Source: a virus
Taxonomy: Duplodnaviria; Caudoviricetes
Direction: 5' to 3' (one strand)
Length of the DNA: 42,743 nucleotides
IMG/VR virus record: IMGVR_UViG_3300008052_000004
Coordinates: 1 to 42,743 of that record
Shown here: piece after piece, positions 38,199 to 42,743 of the stretch
Position numbering within the stretch: position 1 is the stretch's first letter
Layout of the letters: each line of letters opens with the position of its first letter
Made by a program: the position numbers and the translations under genes
The notes under the pieces: generated by a model
The model's database searches: none
The model's input: the letters and a program-made list of their open reading frames with translations, nothing else
What the model was told of the DNA's origin: nothing

Positions 38199-38873
38199 AT
38201 GTTAACATTAAAATCCCCCTATCCGTATCAAGAATTTCAAAGACAAAGCGTAAATGGCAAACGCCTTTACGCTAATCCTTTTGGTGACCCAGTGCCAAGC
38301 GTTACAACTATCTTAGACGCTACAAAACCAAAAGAGAAGCGCGAAGCACTAGCTAACTGGAAAAAACGTGTTGGTGTAGAAGAAGCCGCCCGTATTACAC
38401 GTGAAGCGGCAGACACTGGAACATATATGCACGCCATACTTGAACATTGGGTCAAGAATGAAGAGTATACAGGACAATCCTCCAAACAATCACAATACAT
38501 GGCAGAAGTTGTTAAACAAAACGTTGAACCACATTTAGACGAAGTATGGGGCAGTGAAGTAAACCTGTGCTATCCTGGTCTATACGCCGGTACTACTGAC
38601 CTTGTTGGTGTTTGGAAAGGACAGTCCGCTATCATGGACTTTAAACAAACCAACAAGCCTAAAAAGCGTGAATGGATTGACGACTACTTTATGCAAGCCG
38701 CAGCATATGCTATGGCACACAATGAACTGTATGAAACTAAAATTGAAAACGCAGCTATCTTTATGTGCAGCAGAGATTTAGAGTGGCAACTGTTTGAAGT
38801 AGGCCCAGAAGAATTTAAGTTTTGGGAAACAAAATGGGCAGAACGTGTTGCTGAATACTACGAAATGGCATAA
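38199..38873 (+). CDS. PD-(D/E)XK exonuclease
   Basis: PSVTTIL, GT.MH..LE, YAGTTDLV, IMDFKQT, Q.AAYA. Confidence 0.88.
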   Translation: MLTLKSPYPYQEFQRQSVNGKRLYANPFGDPVPSVTTILDATKPKEKREALANWKKRVGVEEAARITREAADTGTYMHAILEHWVKNEEYTGQSSKQSQYMAEVVKQNVEPHLDEVWGSEVNLCYPGLYAGTTDLVGVWKGQSAIMDFKQTNKPKKREWIDDYFMQAAAYAMAHNELYETKIENAAIFMCSRDLEWQLFEVGPEEFKFWETKWAERVAEYYEMA

Positions 38874-38876
38874 ATA
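38869..38876 (+). promoter_or_regulatory. late-type promoter
   Basis: CATAAATA overlapping the exonuclease stop. Confidence 0.65.
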
Positions 38877-38908
38877 CATTATAATAGTATAGAATAGGAT
38901 GTATTAAT

Positions 38909-39610
38909 ATGACTACAGTTACAGCAAGACAACGTGTCAGACAAGGAAACTTTGTTGAATTACCAAAACTAGCGTCTGGAGAATTTGGCTATGCCAAAGA
39001 CCAAAAGCGTCTTTTTATTGGTAATGATCCAATAACACAATCAGGTGATGGGATTACAACAGAATTTAATTTTGGTGTTGATCTAGACGACCTGCCAGGC
39101 ACATACATAGTAGAGGTGGATGGCATCGCTCAGACACACACTGTAGATTACAATGTTAATAATGAGTTAGTCATATTCCTTACAGCGCCTGCTGATGGCG
39201 CAGTTGTTGGTTTTTACCACAATTTAGAAATACTGTCAACTGAGCCACCTGAATCAATCTATGATACTGTTAAGTCAGAATCAATGATAGCCCCAGCAAC
39301 AACGCAAGATTTTCAATATATTACAATATACACAACCGCAACTGGTGGCTACAATTACGATGACGTTGAAATTAGATACACACTTGTGGAGGGATCTAAT
39401 AGACGCAAAGGAACACTATCAATCGCGTTAAATGATGATAATACATTTACTATTAATGATAGTTATACTTCAAACTGTTTTGGCGCAGCACTTGATCATG
39501 TGTTTAGTGGAACAATGACCGGCGGTGTGTTCGTACTTAACTATACCACAACTGACTCTGCCCCAGCTACAATGTCATGGGTTGCAGAAAATTTCAATGC
39601 CATTGAATAA
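38909..39610 (+). CDS. tail-fibre/baseplate-associated protein
   Basis: N-terminal R.RVR.G...LP.LASGE.GY..D.KRLFIG, a tail-fibre N-terminal motif; GDG.TTEF. Confidence 0.7.
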   Translation: MTTVTARQRVRQGNFVELPKLASGEFGYAKDQKRLFIGNDPITQSGDGITTEFNFGVDLDDLPGTYIVEVDGIAQTHTVDYNVNNELVIFLTAPADGAVVGFYHNLEILSTEPPESIYDTVKSESMIAPATTQDFQYITIYTTATGGYNYDDVEIRYTLVEGSNRRKGTLSIALNDDNTFTINDSYTSNCFGAALDHVFSGTMTGGVFVLNYTTTDSAPATMSWVAENFNAIE

Positions 39611-39620
39611 GTGAGGAACA

Positions 39621-40052
39621 ATGAGCTTTTGGCTTCAGTCACCAGATCAGAGATTGCGTGGGTGGCGTAAATTTAGAAAAGAACTAGACAGTGTAGATGA
39701 TGATGTACAGTGTTTGGAGATGTTAGTAGAGTGGTGGCGATTGGCGCCCGTGGCAACTAGAGTAGTTGATCCTTACAACAGTGATGATTGGCCAGACCCT
39801 TGGGAACTACTGCACAACGGCAGCTACGATGAAAACGTGATTGCTATTGGGATGGCACAAACACTGGAACTAATAGATTGGCCGTGTGATATACACTTGG
39901 TACAAAATACAAAAAAATCTTATATTGGACTCATAGTTTCTGTTGACGAAGAGTTCATTTTAAACTATACTTATGGAATAGTGGAAGACTACGACCAAGT
40001 GATGCGGGATTGCGAAATACTGCGTAGCTGGAAAAGTTCTGAGTTAACGTAG
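39621..40052 (+). CDS. hypothetical protein
   Basis: GAGG RBS; WPDPWEL motif. Confidence 0.75.
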   Translation: MSFWLQSPDQRLRGWRKFRKELDSVDDDVQCLEMLVEWWRLAPVATRVVDPYNSDDWPDPWELLHNGSYDENVIAIGMAQTLELIDWPCDIHLVQNTKKSYIGLIVSVDEEFILNYTYGIVEDYDQVMRDCEILRSWKSSELT

Positions 40053-40133
40053 TAGAAATACCATTGCCTACCATATTAAATAAAACATACAACAAATAAT
40101 AACAAAATCATTATAAACCAATAAGGTAAGAAT

Positions 40134-42437
40134 ATGACAAAAGAGATAACCGTTCTCAAGAGAAATGGTTCACGTGAACCATTGGACTTGGAAAAAATGC
40201 ACAAAGTGGTGTTTTATGCTTGTGAAGGAATTACCGGCGTAAGTGTAAGCGAAGTAGAAATTCGCAGCCACCTTCAGTTTTACAATGGCATTACTACAGA
40301 CGAAATTCAGGAAACACTTATTAAGGCCGCCGCGGATCTTATTAGTGAAGAAACCCCAAACTATCAATGGGTAGCAGGTCGTTTAATTAACTACCATCTC
40401 CGTAAGAAAGTATACGGACACTTCCAACCCCCACATTTGCGTGAAATCGCTCAACGAAATGTAAACTTGGGTTATTACGATCCAAGTTTCTTCAGCGTAT
40501 ACTCCCCTGAAGAAATTGACCAGCTAAACAATTACATTAAACATGATCGTGACGAAAGCATCGCATATGTGGGCATGGAACAATTCCGTGGCAAGTATCT
40601 AACACAAAACCGTGTTACTGGTGAAATTTTCGAAACACCACAAGTAGCATACATGATGATTGCTGCAACGCTGTTTCAGAATTACCCAGTAGCCACACGT
40701 ATGCGTTATGTAAAGGACTTTTACGATGCTTCTAGCAATTTCGATATTAGTTTACCTACTCCTATTATGGCCGGAGTTCGCAGCCCTCAGCGTCAGTTTA
40801 GTAGTTGCGTTCTTATCGAGACTGGCGATAGTCTTGATAGTATTAATGCTACTAGCAGTAGTATTGTAAAATATGTAAGTCAGAAGGCAGGCATCGGCAT
40901 CGGCGCCGGCAGTATTCGTGCCATTGGTAGCCCTGTACGTAATGGTGATACAAGCCACACTGGCGTTATTCCTTTCTATAAAATGTTCCAGAGTGCTGTT
41001 AAATCATGTAGCCAGGGCGGCGTCCGTGGTGGCGCAGCTACGCTACACTATCCTATCTGGCATTTGGAAGTTGAAGACCTACTAGTATTGAAAAACAACA
41101 AAGGCACCGAAGACAATCGTGTACGACATTTAGACTACAGTGTACAGTTTAACAAGCTAATGTACGAGCGTTTGCTAAGTAGCGGCAATATTACCCTATT
41201 CAGCCCAAGCGATGTTCCAGGGTTGTATGACGCATTCTTTAATGATCAAGACCGTTTCCGTGAACTATATGAGACGGCAGAGCGCAATACTCGTCTACGT
41301 AAGAAGAGTGTTCCTGCTATTGATCTATTCAGTGGGTTTATAGAGGAACGCAAAAACACAGGTCGCATCTATTTGCAGAACGTAGATCATGCCAATAGTC
41401 ATGGTGCGTTTATTGAAGCAGTTGCTCCAATTCACCAGTCAAATCTTTGCCAAGAGATTGACCTACCAACAAAGCCATTGAATGACTTCAACGACCCAGA
41501 AGGTGAGATCAGCCTTTGCACACTAGCAGCAATTAACTGGGGTAATATGCGAACACCTGCTGAATTTGAAAAGGCTTGTGATTTAGCAGTACGTGCGCTA
41601 GACGAACTACTTGACTATCAGAACTACCCAGTTCTAGCAGCACAGTTGTCAACAATGAAGCGCCGTCCACTTGGCGTTGGTATTATTAACTTCGCTTATT
41701 GGCTAGCTAAAAATGACCTAACATATCAGCACATTACCCCTGAAGGCCTGGCATTGATTGACGAATGGGCAGAAGCATGGAGTTACTACCTAATCAAAGC
41801 AAGTGCAAACTTGGCAGTTGAAAAAGGCAATATTGAAGGCGTGCGCGAAACAAAGTATGGTCTAGGATTAACACCAAACCAGACATACAAGCGTGAGGTA
41901 GATGAACTAACACCACACGTTGAGCGCATGGACTGGGCCGGCTTACGTGAACAGCTAAAAACAACAGGCATTCGCAACAGTACACTAATGGCTCTTATGC
42001 CAGCAGAAACAAGTGCGCAGATCAGCAACAGTACAAATGGCATTGAACCGCCACGTGCGTATGTTAGTGTTAAACAGAGTAAGCACGGCGTTCTAAAGCA
42101 AGTTGTGCCAGACTACAAGCGTCTTAAAAACAAATATGACTTGCTATGGGATCAGCGTAGCCCAGAAGGTTACCTAAAGATCATGGCAGTACTACAAAAA
42201 TACATTGACCAGGGTATTAGTGTTAATACAAGCTATAATCCTGTATACTTTGAAGATGAAAAGATACCAATGAGTACAATGCTACAACATATGCTCATGT
42301 TCTACAAATACGGCGGCAAACAGTTGTACTATTTTAATACATATGACGGACAAGGCGAAATTGAATTCAAGGAAGAAGCTCTAGCTGTTACTGAGCTAGG
42401 CGACGACGATGCAGCTTGTGATAGTTGCGTAATTTAA
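40134..42437 (+). CDS. nrdA: ribonucleotide reductase class Ia alpha subunit
   Basis: ATP cone (V.KRNG..EP), PTPIM, FSSC, SNLCQEI, MPAETS, YY, C-terminal CDSC. Confidence 0.97.
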   Translation: MTKEITVLKRNGSREPLDLEKMHKVVFYACEGITGVSVSEVEIRSHLQFYNGITTDEIQETLIKAAADLISEETPNYQWVAGRLINYHLRKKVYGHFQPPHLREIAQRNVNLGYYDPSFFSVYSPEEIDQLNNYIKHDRDESIAYVGMEQFRGKYLTQNRVTGEIFETPQVAYMMIAATLFQNYPVATRMRYVKDFYDASSNFDISLPTPIMAGVRSPQRQFSSCVLIETGDSLDSINATSSSIVKYVSQKAGIGIGAGSIRAIGSPVRNGDTSHTGVIPFYKMFQSAVKSCSQGGVRGGAATLHYPIWHLEVEDLLVLKNNKGTEDNRVRHLDYSVQFNKLMYERLLSSGNITLFSPSDVPGLYDAFFNDQDRFRELYETAERNTRLRKKSVPAIDLFSGFIEERKNTGRIYLQNVDHANSHGAFIEAVAPIHQSNLCQEIDLPTKPLNDFNDPEGEISLCTLAAINWGNMRTPAEFEKACDLAVRALDELLDYQNYPVLAAQLSTMKRRPLGVGIINFAYWLAKNDLTYQHITPEGLALIDEWAEAWSYYLIKASANLAVEKGNIEGVRETKYGLGLTPNQTYKREVDELTPHVERMDWAGLREQLKTTGIRNSTLMALMPAETSAQISNSTNGIEPPRAYVSVKQSKHGVLKQVVPDYKRLKNKYDLLWDQRSPEGYLKIMAVLQKYIDQGISVNTSYNPVYFEDEKIPMSTMLQHMLMFYKYGGKQLYYFNTYDGQGEIEFKEEALAVTELGDDDAACDSCVI

Positions 42438-42458
42438 CATAGAAAAAGGGTAAACACT

Positions 42459-42743
42459 ATGTCAGTACTAAACACTGAAGGCAAGAAACATCATACTGAA
42501 GCAATGGCTTTTCTAGATGAAGGGCTAGGTATGCAGCGTTATGATGTTATGAAGTATAAGCAATTTGATAAGCTAACAGAGAAGCAATTAGGCTTTTTCT
42601 GGCAACCGCAGGAAGTTGATGTTAGTAAAGATAGTAAAGACTTTAAAGACTTAACACGTCATGAGCAGCATATCTTTACCAGTAACCTAAAGCGTCAAAT
42701 TCTACTAGACAGTGTTCAAGGACGTAGTCCTAACCTAGCACTA
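42459..42743 (+). CDS. nrdB: ribonucleotide reductase class Ia beta subunit (5' part, runs off the window)
   Basis: QRYD..KY..F.KLTEKQLGFFWQPQEVD and IFTSNLKRQILLDSVQGRSP. Confidence 0.93.
   Translation, partial: MSVLNTEGKKHHTEAMAFLDEGLGMQRYDVMKYKQFDKLTEKQLGFFWQPQEVDVSKDSKDFKDLTRHEQHIFTSNLKRQILLDSVQGRSPNLAL

Noticed and set aside
38199-38873. Cas4-like nuclease suggesting CRISPR-Cas
   Set aside because: It lacks the Fe-S cysteines, and there are no cas genes or repeat-spacer array; it is an ordinary phage PD-(D/E)XK exonuclease.

Overview
This window is a segment of a large, lytic T4-related myophage genome. Its gene content and order are reminiscent of jumbo-type T4-like phages, which is an inference. 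It opens with a few tiny early genes and a Nudix hydrolase. Structural and packaging genes follow: neck and tail-completion genes (gp15/gp14/gp13-like), tail sheath and tube, gp4-like head-completion nuclease, and small and large terminase. The replication/recombination block has a gp32-like SSB, UvsX, UvsY, an AAA ATPase, UvsW, a gp62-like clamp-loader subunit, a miniature DnaE-like polymerase, primase and a gp41-like helicase. The window ends with a run of probable head-internal proteins, a PD-(D/E)XK exonuclease, nrdA and the 5' part of nrdB. Two promoter classes are readable: sigma70-type TTGACA-N17-TAnnnT and T4-late-like (N)ATAAATA. I saw no tRNA, CRISPR array, intron, intein or integrase. 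The most notable points are: (1) a 194-aa C-family polymerase that keeps the catalytic motifs; (2) seven AT-rich genes (SGNH, sulfotransferase-like, 2OG-Fe(II), one unknown) wedged at six junctions between core genes; (3) apparently leaderless core genes; (4) probable protease-processed head proteins, including a polyprotein; (5) several cis elements: a palindromic operator, a shared early-promoter motif, a repeated 12-mer before two terminators, and structured leaders. All family assignments come from motif recognition by eye; no searches were run.
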